From assembly GCA_002269645.1 (NCBI GenBank), contig NIVC01003467.1:32441-96440 (forward strand): a stretch of 64,000 bases of DNA, written 5' to 3'. The position numbers were made by a program, and so were the translations under genes. This DNA comes from Macrostomum lignano. Lineage: Eukaryota. Positions 15,899 to 27,078 of this stretch are shown piece by piece. Below the pieces are notes generated by a model. It worked only from the letters and a program-made list of their open reading frames with translations, was not told the DNA's origin and did not search any database. How positions within the stretch are numbered: the stretch's first letter is position 1; every line of letters begins with the position of its first letter.

Positions 15899-16960
15899 GT
15901 GCGCCAACTCAATGCTGAGTTGCGAAACAGAGGCCTGCCTACTATGGGCCGCAAACAACAGCTCTCCAAGCGCTTGTCCACTGCACTCGGTTTAGAGCGA
16001 GCTGACGAAGACTTCAACAACTCCAAGATGACTTTTGCTCCGGACGCCGAGGACGGCATCGGCAGCGCAGCGAGGCGCCTCCGGGGGCGGAGAGTGACCG
16101 GCTGGCGGCGCTGCAGCAGGAGGTGGAGCTGCTCGAACTGCAAGTCCTGGAAGGCCGTCGTCGAGATCTTCAGCAACAGCTTCACACTCGGCAGCGCTTG
16201 ACGGCTCAGCCCCAGCCAGCATTATCATCAGGTGAGAAAAACGCAGATGCCAGTCTGCAGTTGCCCGAAGTTTTTGAATCTGGGATGAGGGAGGCGGCTC
16301 AGCTTCAGGCCGCTAATTGCCAGGCTCCGACTCGCAAGTTGCATCTCGTCAGAGACTACATCAAGCTAGCCAGAGGACCCGGCTCTGAAAGTCAGGAGCA
16401 ACTGATCGCCACAATGGAGAATGGCTCTCTCATATTCAGAAAGCAGGAGCCGAAGCTGTCCAGTATCTCTGCGGGTCAGTGGATCGCGGCTAACTCAATC
16501 ATCCTGCAAAAGCTGATCAAGGAAAAACTCCCGGCGGCTGCCGGAAGCACTGATGGTCTCCTGACTAACGTCCTTGCCTACCTTGACTACAATCGCAAGA
16601 TCAGAGAGCTGCTGGCCGCTGACTACTCGGAGTCCGTAATCTGGGAGTTTGTCGAGGACTACCGAAGGCTGGTGGCGGAGTCGGGCATGGCGTGGGGTGA
16701 GGAGCCCCCTCAGCTGTACCACAAGCACCTCAACGCCCCCAGAAACCTGCCGTTTATGTTCACTAAGCAGCCCAGCCAGCAGAAAATCCCGGCAGCATCC
16801 AGGCCGATCTGTCTGCGTTTTTAACTCCGAGTCGGGGTGCAGCCGCCAGAACTGCAAGTTCCGCCACGTCTGCAAAATCCAAGGCTGCCTGGCATCGCAC
16901 CCAGCCTACGCTCACACTCAGTCGCCGCACCTATCTCTCACCGGACAGCTGTGCGAGTGC
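15899..16960 (+). pseudogene. DIRS gag-like ORF1 (SAP-like N-terminus, C-terminal Cys/His knuckle), frameshifted
   Basis: RQLNAELRNRGLPTMGRKQQLSKRL fits the SAP consensus. CVFNSESGCSRQNCKFRHVCKIQGCLASHPAYAH lies in a second frame. Split over ORFs 15899, 16123 and 16649. Confidence 0.65.
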
Positions 16961-16968
16961 AAAAACTG

Positions 16969-18560
16969 ATGCCATTTTATCCAGCTGACATCTCTGTTTT
17001 TAATTCCGAATTCTCTGCTTTTACTTCTTCGCTGCCCATCTCGTCTGACCTGCAACCTGACGCCTGGAGTGCTCTGCTCAGCGACGACCCAGACTATAAT
17101 TTTCTGATGCAAGGCGTCGTCAACAGTCTCGCTCTCACCAATGCTGGCCAGCCGCCTTTGAATTCGTCCAAGAACCACGCCTCCGCCCTGCTGCACTGCT
17201 CTGCTGTGGAAGCCCAGGTCGAGGAGGAGCTGCGCTTTGCGAGGTACATCCGGTGGAGCGGCCCGATCAAAGTCAACCCCATCGGCGCCGTTCCCAAGTC
17301 CGACGGACGGGTCCGCCTGATCCATGACCTGTCCTATCCGACCGGCCGGTCTGTCTGCAACGACTGCTACGACCAACAGAAGCACATTAAGTACTGCACT
17401 GTCCAGCAGCTGGTTCGTCATCTCCGTCCGGGACACTACATGGCCAAAATTAATCTCAAAAGCGCCTACAGGTCCGTGCCAATCAGGCCTGCTGACTACC
17501 GGCTCGTCGGCCTCGCCTGGTGGTTTGACTCGGACAGCCTGGACAGTCTGCTCTGCGACACCAGGCTTCCCTTCGGCGCCAAAGCTGCTTGCGAAGTTTT
17601 CCAACGTCTTTCAGCCGTTGTTACCCGGCACATGCACCGGCTTGGCTTTTCTGCCACGGAGAACTACCTGGATGACTGGGCAGTCGCTGGGAAATCCGAG
17701 TCCGGGGCTTTCGCTGCTTTCAATTGCCTGCTGGACATCTTGCAGCGCCTCGGCTTTGCCATCAACTGGGACAAGGTTGTCAGGCCTACGCGAGGCATCG
17801 ACTTCCTTGGCGTGCGCATCAACACCGCTACCGGCACCAAGTCGCTGCCCGAAGAGATAGCTCTCGAGACGACAAAGCTGCAGACTCAAACCTGCTCGGA
17901 GACTCGGGTGCACCTGCGCTCTGCTCAGAAGCTGATTGGCAAGCTTGGCTGGTTCTGTCAGATTGTCCCTCATGTCAGAGTCATCCTGCGTCCGCTCTTC
18001 GACTGGCTTACAACTGCCGTTGACTGCAAGCTTTGGGTGACCGATGAGACCCGCGCCAAACTGTCCTGGTGGCTCAGAGCCCTAGCTTGGCTCCCCCCGG
18101 TGTCTTTGTGGCCGCGCTTTGATGAGGAGTTTGCCATGGAGACTGACAGCAGCCGGTCAGGTGCAGCCGCAGTCATCTGGGGTGCCGAGAGTTTCTGGAG
18201 TGCCATCGACTGGGAGCTGGACTGCGGTGGTGTGTTCAAGGATGTTCATATCAGCTTCAAGGAGGCTCTAGGACCTTTGCTGATCATCCTGCACCGTCGC
18301 TCTCAGCTAAAAAAACTGCAAAATTGTCATCTACACCGACAGCACCGCTGCGGCTGGCATGATCAATCGGCTGAGCTGTCGTGACCCGCGGTTCCTGCAG
18401 GTGTACCAGACTGTGGCTCTGCTGTGCATCAGGAACAGCATCGGTTTGGAGGCTTTTCACCTTCCTGGTCGGATGCAGATTTTTGCTGATGCCGCCTCCC
18501 ACATGTTTGCCTCGCAGTCTGAGCTCATTAACTTTTGCTGCCGCTACTACCGTACGCTCG
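16969..18560 (+). pseudogene. DIRS-type reverse transcriptase / RNase H
   Basis: PIGAVPK..RLIHDLS, KINLKSAYR, RLPFG, YLDD, FLGV, GKLGW, METDSS. Frameshift at the A-run ~18308-18314 continues RNase H (IYTDSTAAAGMINRL...HLPGRMQIFADAAS). Confidence 0.85.
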
Positions 18561-18789
18561 TGATCTGCCCGCTTGAGTTCGCGTCGCACGCTCTCTCTGC
18601 CGCTTCCCAATCTCGCCTCCTTTTGCAGGTCGCCCTCGCCCTCCGGAGATGCCGCCCGCCCCCTGCGCTGTGTCCGCCGGACACCTGAGCCGCCTCGGCC
18701 TGGCGGAGAACTCTGGTGATCCTAACTCAGCTAGCTGCGCTCCTGGGAAGCCTTCTGTTTTGGCACAGGCCGCCCTTCATCTCCAGCTG

Positions 18790-19190
18790 ACGGTGACCTG
18801 CTCTGCCGCTACATCGCGCACCTGGTGAGCACCCGGCTCCGGCCCTTCTCCAGCCTCTGATCGTTTCTGCACCAAGCCACCGGCGCCCCCGACCCAGCGA
18901 AAGACTTCACCGTGTAGCTGGCCCTCCGCGGCGCCAAACGTCATCTGGGCCTGCGATGCAAACAGGCGAAGCCGCTGACCATCGAGCACCTCAAGAGCAT
19001 CCATCAGCAGCTCCCACGCTCCATCTCAAACGCAGATCTCCGGGCCGCCTTCTGGGCGGCACTTCTGGTGGGCTGGTGGGGCATGTTGCGCCTTGGCGAC
19101 TTCCTATCGACCCGCGGCAGCCGCTCTGTCTCGCGGGCCTGCCTGTCGGCTTCATCTGGCTGCTGGAAGTTGCCCCTCCCTAAGTAGGCT
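18790..19190 (+). pseudogene. Tyrosine recombinase N-terminal part (truncated)
   Basis: DLLCRYIAHL...SFLHQATGAPDPAKDFTVxLALRGAKRHLG..KQAKPLTIEHL...FWAALLVGWWGMLRLGDFL, with in-frame stops; ends soon after the first catalytic Arg. Confidence 0.75.
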
Positions 19191-19646
19191 ACCATGATTG
19201 GAGATCTCTACAGGATATAGGAGTCTAGGCTAGGAGTAGAGGAGCAGCGGAAGCGGCAGCAAAGGGAGGCGGAGAAGGGGAAGCGGAGCTTCATTCGCAC
19301 TGAACGCTAGTACATATACTATTTCTATAAGGCATTTCATTGGTGTTCGCTTCACGCAATGGGATCTTTACTGCCGCACAAGCATGTGCTGTACTTTCCT
19401 GATGCATGTAGTTCAAACACCTGAAAGTCGCTTCGGAATCTTATTCGAATTCTTGTAAATCTGATAATGCTAGAGTCGATAGTGAGGCAGCAATATGTGA
19501 TTTGGTTGCTACTGCTGCCATTGTGCCTGCTGCAGCTGCCTCGATTGATTAAGATAAAAAATAAATTTATTTACCGTTAAGCTACTGCTCAGAAGCCGCT
19601 AAAATTCTTTCCTTTCGGCGGTGAAACTTTTCATTTTATTTGAACT

Positions 19647-20640
19647 CAGATGGTGTCAGAAATCACAGAGTTCAGCAATCAGATGGTGTCAGAAATCACA
19701 GAGTTCAGCAATCAGAGGGTGTCAGAAATCACAGAGTTCAGCAATCAGAGGGTGTCAGAAATCACAGAGTTCAGCAATCAGAGGGTGTCAGAAATCATAG
19801 AGTTCAGCAATCAGAGGGTGTCAGAAATCACAGAGTTCACCAATCAGAGGGTGTCAGAAATCACAGAGTTCAGCAATCAGAGGGTGTCAGAAATCACAGA
19901 GTTCAGCAATCAGATGGTGTCAGAAATCACAGAGTTCACCAATCAGATGGTGTCAGAAATCACAGAGTTCAGCAATCAGAGGGTGTCAGAAATCACACAG
20001 TTCAGCAATCAGATGGTGTCAGAAATCACACAGTTCAGCAATCAGAGGATGTCAGAAATCACAGAGTTCAGCAATCAGATGGTGTCAGAAATCACAGAGT
20101 TCAGCAATCAGAGGGTGTCAGAAATCACAGAGTTCAGCAATCAGAGGGTGTCAGAAATCATAGAGTTCAGCAATCAGAGGGTGTCAGAAATCACAGAGTT
20201 CACCAATCAGATGGTGTCAGAAATCACAGAGTTCAGCAACCAGAGGGTGTCAGAAATCACAGAAGTTCACCAATCAGATGGTGTCAGAAATCACAGAGTT
20301 CAGCAATCAGAGGATGTCAGAAATCACAGAGTTCACCAATCAGAGGGTGTCAGAAATCACAGAGTTCACCAATCAGAGGGTGTCAGAAATCACAGAGTTC
20401 ACCAATCAGAGGGTGTCAGAAATCACAGAGTTCAGCAATCAGAGGGTGTCAGAAATCACAGAGTTCACCAATCAGAGGGTGTCAGAAATCACAGAGTTCA
20501 GCAATCAGAGGGTGTCAGAAATCACAGAGTTCACCAATCAGATGGTGTCAGAAATCACAGAGTTCAGCAACCAGAGGGTGTCAGAAATCACAGAGTTCAC
20601 CAATCAGAGGGTGTCAGAAATCACAGAGTTCAGCAACCAG
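19647..20640. repeat. 33-bp minisatellite (~30 copies) just 3' of the WSC copy-1 stop codon
   Basis: Unit CAGA(G/T)GGTGTCAGAAATCACAGAGTTCA(G/C)CAAT. Confidence 0.95.
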
Positions 20641-20685
20641 AAGGCTTCAGCAACCGAGACTCCTTGCTCCGAATCAGGCGGTCCC

Positions 20686-22346
20686 TCACACACGGATGGC
20701 GAACTTCCCAGCCTCGTTCTTCAGCTCGTGCGGCAGAACGGGAAATCTCAGCAGGTGGCAGGCGTCCAGGTGGAACAGCACGGCCTGGCAGTCAGCATCG
20801 CAGCGATATACGCACTCAGTCAGACTCCTGACGGGCTGCTCATTGCGGTAGAAGGGCCCGCTGGTAGAGGTCAGGTTCACATAGTCTCGGTCAACCAGAG
20901 TGAAATGATTGCTATCTGGAAGGGAAAAAAGAGGCATCTGTGCGTTCCTACTTTGGTGAGACCAACACGAGTGCATCTCCTTCAAAATATCGACTGCAGT
21001 CGATCAAATTCTAAATCTGCGTTCATCTTTCGAAAAATGGCCCCGTGGTCGTTGAGCGTGTGTGTGTGCGTGCCTGCGGCAGTATCCGTGCTCTTGTACA
21101 TGCTCAGAGTCAGCGGAACGGGCTGAAAATCGACCAACCCTTGGTTGTGGGACGCCGTTTCCGATAGCGCTTTACCAGCCCTCCGGACAATACTTATCTA
21201 CATGCATTTGTGTTTCATCAGAAATTCGATTGGAATTTATGAACTGCCTTTTGTCGCTTGTTGGGTTATTCAATGCTGAGCTCAAGTAGAAGTACATGTA
21301 GATGCGTGCTAAACCATTGATGCTATGCTTACCACCGCCGCGGTAGCGACGCCAGACGGACCGTCGGAACTGTTTAGCACGACCTCCGGAGTGCTACAGG
21401 GTGACACTCTGGCGCCCTTTCTCTTCGTGCTGGTGATGGACTGGGTGCTCAGGACCGGCCTGCCGACAACAGAGAACAGCTTTCTGCTGCAAAGGCGCAC
21501 CAGTAGACGGCACCCGGGGAAGAAACTGTCTGTCCTTGGCTAAGCGGACGACCTCGCCCTGCTGTCTTCGACGGCCGAAGGCGCCCAACGGCTGCTGGAC
21601 GCGGCCTGACTGCGGCGGCGGCGAGGGTCGGTCTCGTCATCAACGCCAGGAAAACCGAGGTGCTGACGGTGCCGCATGATCTACCCGCCGAGATTCGACT
21701 TCGAGACGGTGATGGCCCCGGGACGGCGCTCCCGAAGTGCCTTCAGTTCGTCTACCTCGGCGGGCTGGTGCCTGACGTCGGCGACGACCTAGCGAGACGG
21801 CGCGGCAAGGCCTGGGCTGCCTTCCGATCTGTGCGGGCGGTGCTGCTCTCCAAGGCCCTGTCCGACGGCGCCAGGTCCCAGCTGTTCCAGGTGGTTGTTG
21901 AGACCGCCCTGCTGTACAATGCTGAGACCTGGACGCTGACCGGGGCGCTTGAGGCGCAGCTCGACGCGGCGCATGCGGCTCTAGTCCGCGCCGCTTTCGG
22001 CGCCCGCCGCGGCCCTGGCAGCGAGACAACCGAGTCCCTGTACAGGCGCACAGGCCTGACGCGGCCTTCTGCCCTGCTGAGTCAGCGGCGCCTGCGGCTT
22101 GCCGGACATGTCATCCGGGCCGAAGCCTACTGCCCAGAGCCGCTGCAGGACGTCCTGCTGTGGACCCCGCAGGGACCGCGCAGGCGTGGCCAGGGACGAT
22201 CAGCCCGCTACGTCGACCGCCTTTTTGAAGACGTGCGAGCACCCAGCCAGGCGGCCGGTGTGAAGCACGTTAGAGACCTAGCTCTGAAACGCGCGATTTG
22301 ACGCTCCCCCCTTTTGGCCACTCCCGTGGCTGGCGTGGGGCGCAAC

Positions 22347-22388
<42 letters not shown>

Positions 22389-22861
22389 GCTGAGTGCAAG
22401 TGGGGAAGTGCGTGAACAGAACAGCACCGATTGTAAATTCCGCTACGCTCACCTGGACGATTGTAGACCTGCCGGTACACGGAGTTTCGATACGCCCCTC
22501 CACAGATTATGGCCGTGTTGCCAGAGCATTCCATGTTGCAGTCGCTGTCGGCTGCCCTGCCGTGTCGGCCGTACGAGTTTCCGCAGAAACAAGAACTTGA
22601 ATACTGAACACCAAAGTAGCGGAATTTTCCATAGGCGCAGATTTCGCTGCAAAGCTGCAGAGTCATGCTGCTGAGTTCGACTGTCCCCCCGGAGTTCCAT
22701 GTCACTGAGTAGGGCCCGATGGTGGACCAGCCATTCAGACCGTTGATATCTCGATCTCCGGTGTCCACAAAGCAGCCTAACAGGCCGAATTCAGCGCCCA
22801 GCGAGTGGCCGAAAGCGATGCAACAGCAGAGAATCAGCGGCAGAATTGACAAAGTCTGCAT
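20686..22861 (-). CDS. Secreted WSC-domain + PAN/apple-like protein, copy 1 (212 aa)
   Basis: join(22861-22453, 20915-20686) = 639 nt. Signal-peptide-like MQTLSILPLILCCCIAFG. WSC motif GCFVD...MTLQLCSEIC..GKFRYFGVQYSSSCFCGN...C.M.C.GN..ICGG. Exon 2 ECVYRC..DC.AV.F...CHL. Confidence 0.85.
21330..22385 (+). mobile_element. 5'-truncated RTE-clade non-LTR retrotransposon in the intron of WSC copy 1
   Basis: GVLQGDTLAPFLF; (Y>stop)ADDLAL; FVYLG; ALLYNAETWTL; RRLRLAGHVIR. (ATT)n tail 22347-22385. Probable TSD TATGCT at 21324-21329 and 22386-22391. Confidence 0.9.
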
Positions 22862-23838
22862 GGTCAGAGCGGCTGTGGAGAGTCTCACGAGACGGAATGT
22901 GCTTATCGCTTTTGTGCCTCTCGCCAGCTGCAGGACTGCGGGCTTTATGCAGCTTCCCAACTCATCATTTGGGGTGGCGGGCGTTGCGATGGCTGCGCGG
23001 AGGGGAGCGCAGCGTCGAGCCAGTCGATCCCGATGAATCCGAGCTTTGGATTGGCTTAGAGATATTCTTTGTTGTCTCTCTGTTGCTTTTTACTCTGAAT
23101 TCAGAATCTTGTTGCAAAGCGACAGAGACAACTGTTTGTTGTGCGATGCCTTGGGGAGGCTGGGTTGCTACCAGTGGCTGCTCCTCGATGCGTAGAATTT
23201 TAATGCAGCTTTCGGATTGTTCAAATGCATTTTTGCGTGAATTTTCTGTCTTCGTTTAATCCGTGAGTGTCCCATTGTCAGTGTCTTTCACTCTCAACTG
23301 TCTGATTTTTCTGCTGCTTTTGTTAGAGAAAGAGATGCAGATGTTTTGCATTCTCTTTTGATTTTCCTGCCATTAGTCACTTCTCACGCCATCATCCCAG
23401 GCGTTTTAGAATTCAATTTTAGCAAAATCTGAGCAAATTCGATTTTTCAATAATTTCAATTTCACGTGCATGTTTCTCTGAGGACTGCTCAGCAGGCACT
23501 GCACGGAATAGGGGCTCAAAGTTGACGAGCAAGTGCCCCTCGCTTTGACATGGTGACGCTGTCCTCTGAATTTCAGTTTAGGTGCCTCTAATGAAGCTGT
23601 AAGGCTGAGCAGCGGATCTGGATGAAACTGTGAGGCTGAAAAGTGGGTGGTTCTGGATGATTTAGTGAGGTTCAGCAGTGGGTCTGGATGAAGTCAAGTG
23701 GCTACCGTCATGACGGAATGACGCAATGTTACTGCTGGTTACCGGGATGAGTCGGATGACGCAATAAACTTGAAAATGAAGTAACTCAAATCATTTATAA
23801 ACTCATAAATAAATTTGTGCAGAACCTTACGACTTATT

Positions 23839-24031
23839 GGGCCGTATGCAGAAAGCTCTGTCTAGGGTAGTCCGGTCTTGAAAAACTAGTCTGGACTTGG
23901 ATTTGGTATGCAGAAACGCAAAGTTAGACCGGTCTACTAAAGCAGAACTAGGGTAGCTAGACCATAGACTATAGACTGAACTACCCAAGTCCGGACTAGC
24001 TAGTCTGGACTAAGCTTTCTGCATACGGCCC
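23839..24031. mobile_element. 193-bp MITE with 19-bp perfect TIRs (Harbinger-like)
   Basis: GGGCCGTATGCAGAAAGCT ... AGCTTTCTGCATACGGCCC, flanked by ATT (or TTAT if the ends are extended by 1 nt). Absent from the paralogous site near 37300. Confidence 0.85.
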
Positions 24032-24442
24032 ATTATTAAAGACATCAATAAAAACTCTCTGTGGCTACTCAGTCTACTGCATGCATGTAAGTTTAACGTG
24101 AGAAAGCTAATGGATTCAGAAAACAAGAATGAAAAGCAGATACTAAAACGATACAGGGACGGATCAAATGAAATTCAATCAGTTTCTAAGAAAGGAATAA
24201 AAACGGAACCAGTGACTCTGAAACCGGCGTGCGTTAAAAGGAATATGAAGGGCAAAGTTTATAATGTTCATGTAAATAAAAGAATCACATTATAGCAATA
24301 TTTATCAGTCAGATTATGACATTTCAGGTAAGGTACACCGTTTGAGGAAAGTCAGGAAAATGAAAGCAAAGGCGAACATTCGCATTTTTATCTTTGATAA
24401 TACGAAATTACGAAATTACAATTTATTGATCAATCTTCGCGC

Positions 24443-24474
24443 GACATGTTTCGCCGAACAATCGGCATCTTCAG
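24443..24474 (-). ncRNA. Minimal type-I hammerhead ribozyme motif (Penelope-like element pLTR remnant)
   Basis: Minus strand CUGAAGA-U-GCCGA(UUGU)UCGGC-GAAAC-AU-GUC: both core boxes, a 5-bp stem II and palindromic ACAUGU stem III. AATAAA about 15 nt downstream. Confidence 0.65.
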
Positions 24475-25042
24475 GCAAGGCAATAATATATTTTCAGAGA
24501 GATGGTAAAATATTTAAAGTCTAGTAGGCCAAAAAGATTGTCAGTATGGGTAACCGAGTTAAATGGCCCTAAATAAGAGGCAAGCGCATGGGGTCAGAAC
24601 ACCCTTAGATGGACACTCGCCCCTCTACCACTAAGTTGGATGTTCATGGTGGGCTTTAGCTGTTTAATGTACAACGACTCAAGAGTAGACAACTTCACAA
24701 CGAGTAGACAACTTGACTGAGATCAACATCTGCTAAAATCTCATTATACACAATGCTTTTATATATAAAATCAAGCACCTCAATGCAATACTTACAACCG
24801 CTCATCTAAGGGCGATAAAAAAGGTCAAGCACCCCCCCCCAAATCCCCGTGAGATCAACATCTACTAAAATCTATCTAAACATAATGCCCTAACACCTAA
24901 GACCAACCACCCCATCGCAATGCTTACAACTTCCATATACTAAAAATGGTCTGTCGGTATCTATCTTGGTATCTATCTAGTACTGATCTAAACGGGATTT
25001 TATTGTTTTTTTGTCCTAGAAACTCCGGACGGTAAAAAATCG

Positions 25043-26003
25043 ACATCCAACATCTAACATCCAACATCCAACATCCAACATCCAACACCCAACATCCAAC
25101 ACCCAACACCCAACATCCAACATCCAACACCCAACACCAACACCCATCACTCAACATCCAACACCCAACATCCAACATCCAACACCCAACACCCAACACC
25201 CAATATCCAACACCCAACACCAACACCCATCACTCAACATCCAACACCCAACATCCAACATCCAACACAACACCCAACATCCAACATCCAACACCCAACA
25301 TCCAACACCCAACATCCAACATCCAACACCCAACATCCAACACCCAACATCCAACACAACACCCAAAATCCAACATCCAACATCCAACATCCAACACCCA
25401 ACATCCAACACCCAACATCCAACACCCAACACCCAACATCCAACATCCAACATCCAACACCCAACATCCAACACAACACCCAACATCCAACACAACACCC
25501 AAAATCCAACATCCAACATCCAACATCCAACACCCAACATCCAACACCCAACATCCAACACCCAACACCCAACATCCAACACAACACCCAACATCCAACA
25601 TCCAACATTCAACACCCAACATCCAACATCCAACACCCAACATCCAACACCCAACACCCAACATCCAACACTCAACATCCAACACAACACCCAAAATCCA
25701 ACATCCAACATCCAACATTCAACACCCAACACCCAACATCCAACATCCAACACCCAACATCCAACACCCAACATCCAACACTCAACACCCAACATCCAAC
25801 ATCCAACATCCAACATTCAACACCCAACACCCAACATCCAACATCCAACACCCAACATCCAACATCCAACATCCAACACCCAACATCCAACACCCAACAT
25901 CCAACACTCAACACCCAACATCCAACATCCAACATCCAACATTCAACACCCAACACCCAACATCCAACATCCAACACCCAACATCCAACATCCAACATCC
26001 AAC
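25043..26003. repeat. 7-bp satellite (CCAACAT/CCAACAC)n, ~135 units
   Basis: Direct reading; it abuts the outer end of the left palindrome arm. Confidence 0.95.
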
Positions 26004-27078
26004 AGATGCAGATATGATGCTAGAGATGCAAATTGATAATTTAAAAGCTTAAGAATAGCGGGTCATAGCTGCGTTGCAGACAGTCTAAGTATTGTAGTGC
26101 ACTCGTAGGACGGTTTTTTATTGTTCTAACTAAATTTGGTACAATTAATTGCTACAAAGTTAAATTTATTGATTTTTCTGTCCAGAAGACACCAACGAAA
26201 TTACTTGTACTGATCACTCAAACTTACTGACACTTACCAGGGCAAAAACGAAAGCACCTAAAAATTACAACAAAGTTCTCATTTTTTTTAAATTAGACCT
26301 CGTATGTTATGATCCTTCTATTAAAAAAACTACGCTTGGAAAATCATCGCAATGTCGCTGATAGTCCAGCAATGGAAGTGATAGCGAATATACATGTAGA
26401 AACGGTTTGTTGTCTTTAGTTATCATCATTATCCCTCTTAAGGCAGCCTTCTCAACACAGTCTCCATCTGTAGCATCACACTTCCCCCATCGCGTGAGCA
26501 TCGCGTCAATCGCATCAGAACAGCCTGCTGGCACCAACTCACCTCCTCAAACGATCTGGGAGATTACAGCAGAAGATCCAGTTTGAGCTATTTAATTAAC
26601 TCACATCAATGGTTCAAAAACCATCAAGCCTGAAAATCATCAAATCGCTGTCACTTTCAAAAAAGTAAAATGACACCAAAGTTGCTTCTTTCCGACAACC
26701 TCTCGCATGTTTCTTACACCAACCGAGATAACAATGGAAGTATGGATAAACTGATAGCTCTTGTCACAAAGTAGGGATAGTAGGGTTAAAAATTATCTAA
26801 TGGAAAAATCTAACAGCTAATCAATCGCGTATGATAGCATAAATATTGGGAAAAAGCTGGGAAGATAACAGACAGAGAATTATGATGAGGAGCACATGAC
26901 AGTCTAAATAGATTTCTACGAATAAAAGGAAGCTTTGAAAACTAAAAAAAGTCATACTTATACCAATTAAATTCAAATAAAATTTTCGTTTACTACTTTT
27001 TGTTTACTGCCCAGTCTAAAGTCTACTGAAAATCGATATCAAGTCGGTATGATTGTGCTACACAAAGACAGTCGGAGT

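Larger units (their letters stand above)
15700..19190 (+). mobile_element. Decayed DIRS/Ngaro-type tyrosine-recombinase retrotransposon (3' truncated)
   Basis: Order gag-like, RT/RNase H, tyrosine recombinase; several frameshifts and stops; ends are approximate. Confidence 0.85.

Noticed and set aside
19647-20640. CRISPR-like appearance of regular ~33-bp repeats (also the 21-, 24-, 26- and 31-bp arrays)
   Set aside because: Units are head-to-tail with no unique spacers, there are no cas genes, and the context is eukaryotic.
19640-20851. 393-403-aa ORFs across the 33-bp array
   Set aside because: The 33-bp unit is a multiple of 3 and stop-free in several frames; there is no unique coding context and it lies antisense in a probable 3' UTR.
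24924-25998. Cys/Trp/Val-rich ORFs (MLDVGCW...)
   Set aside because: Translations of the 7-bp satellite.
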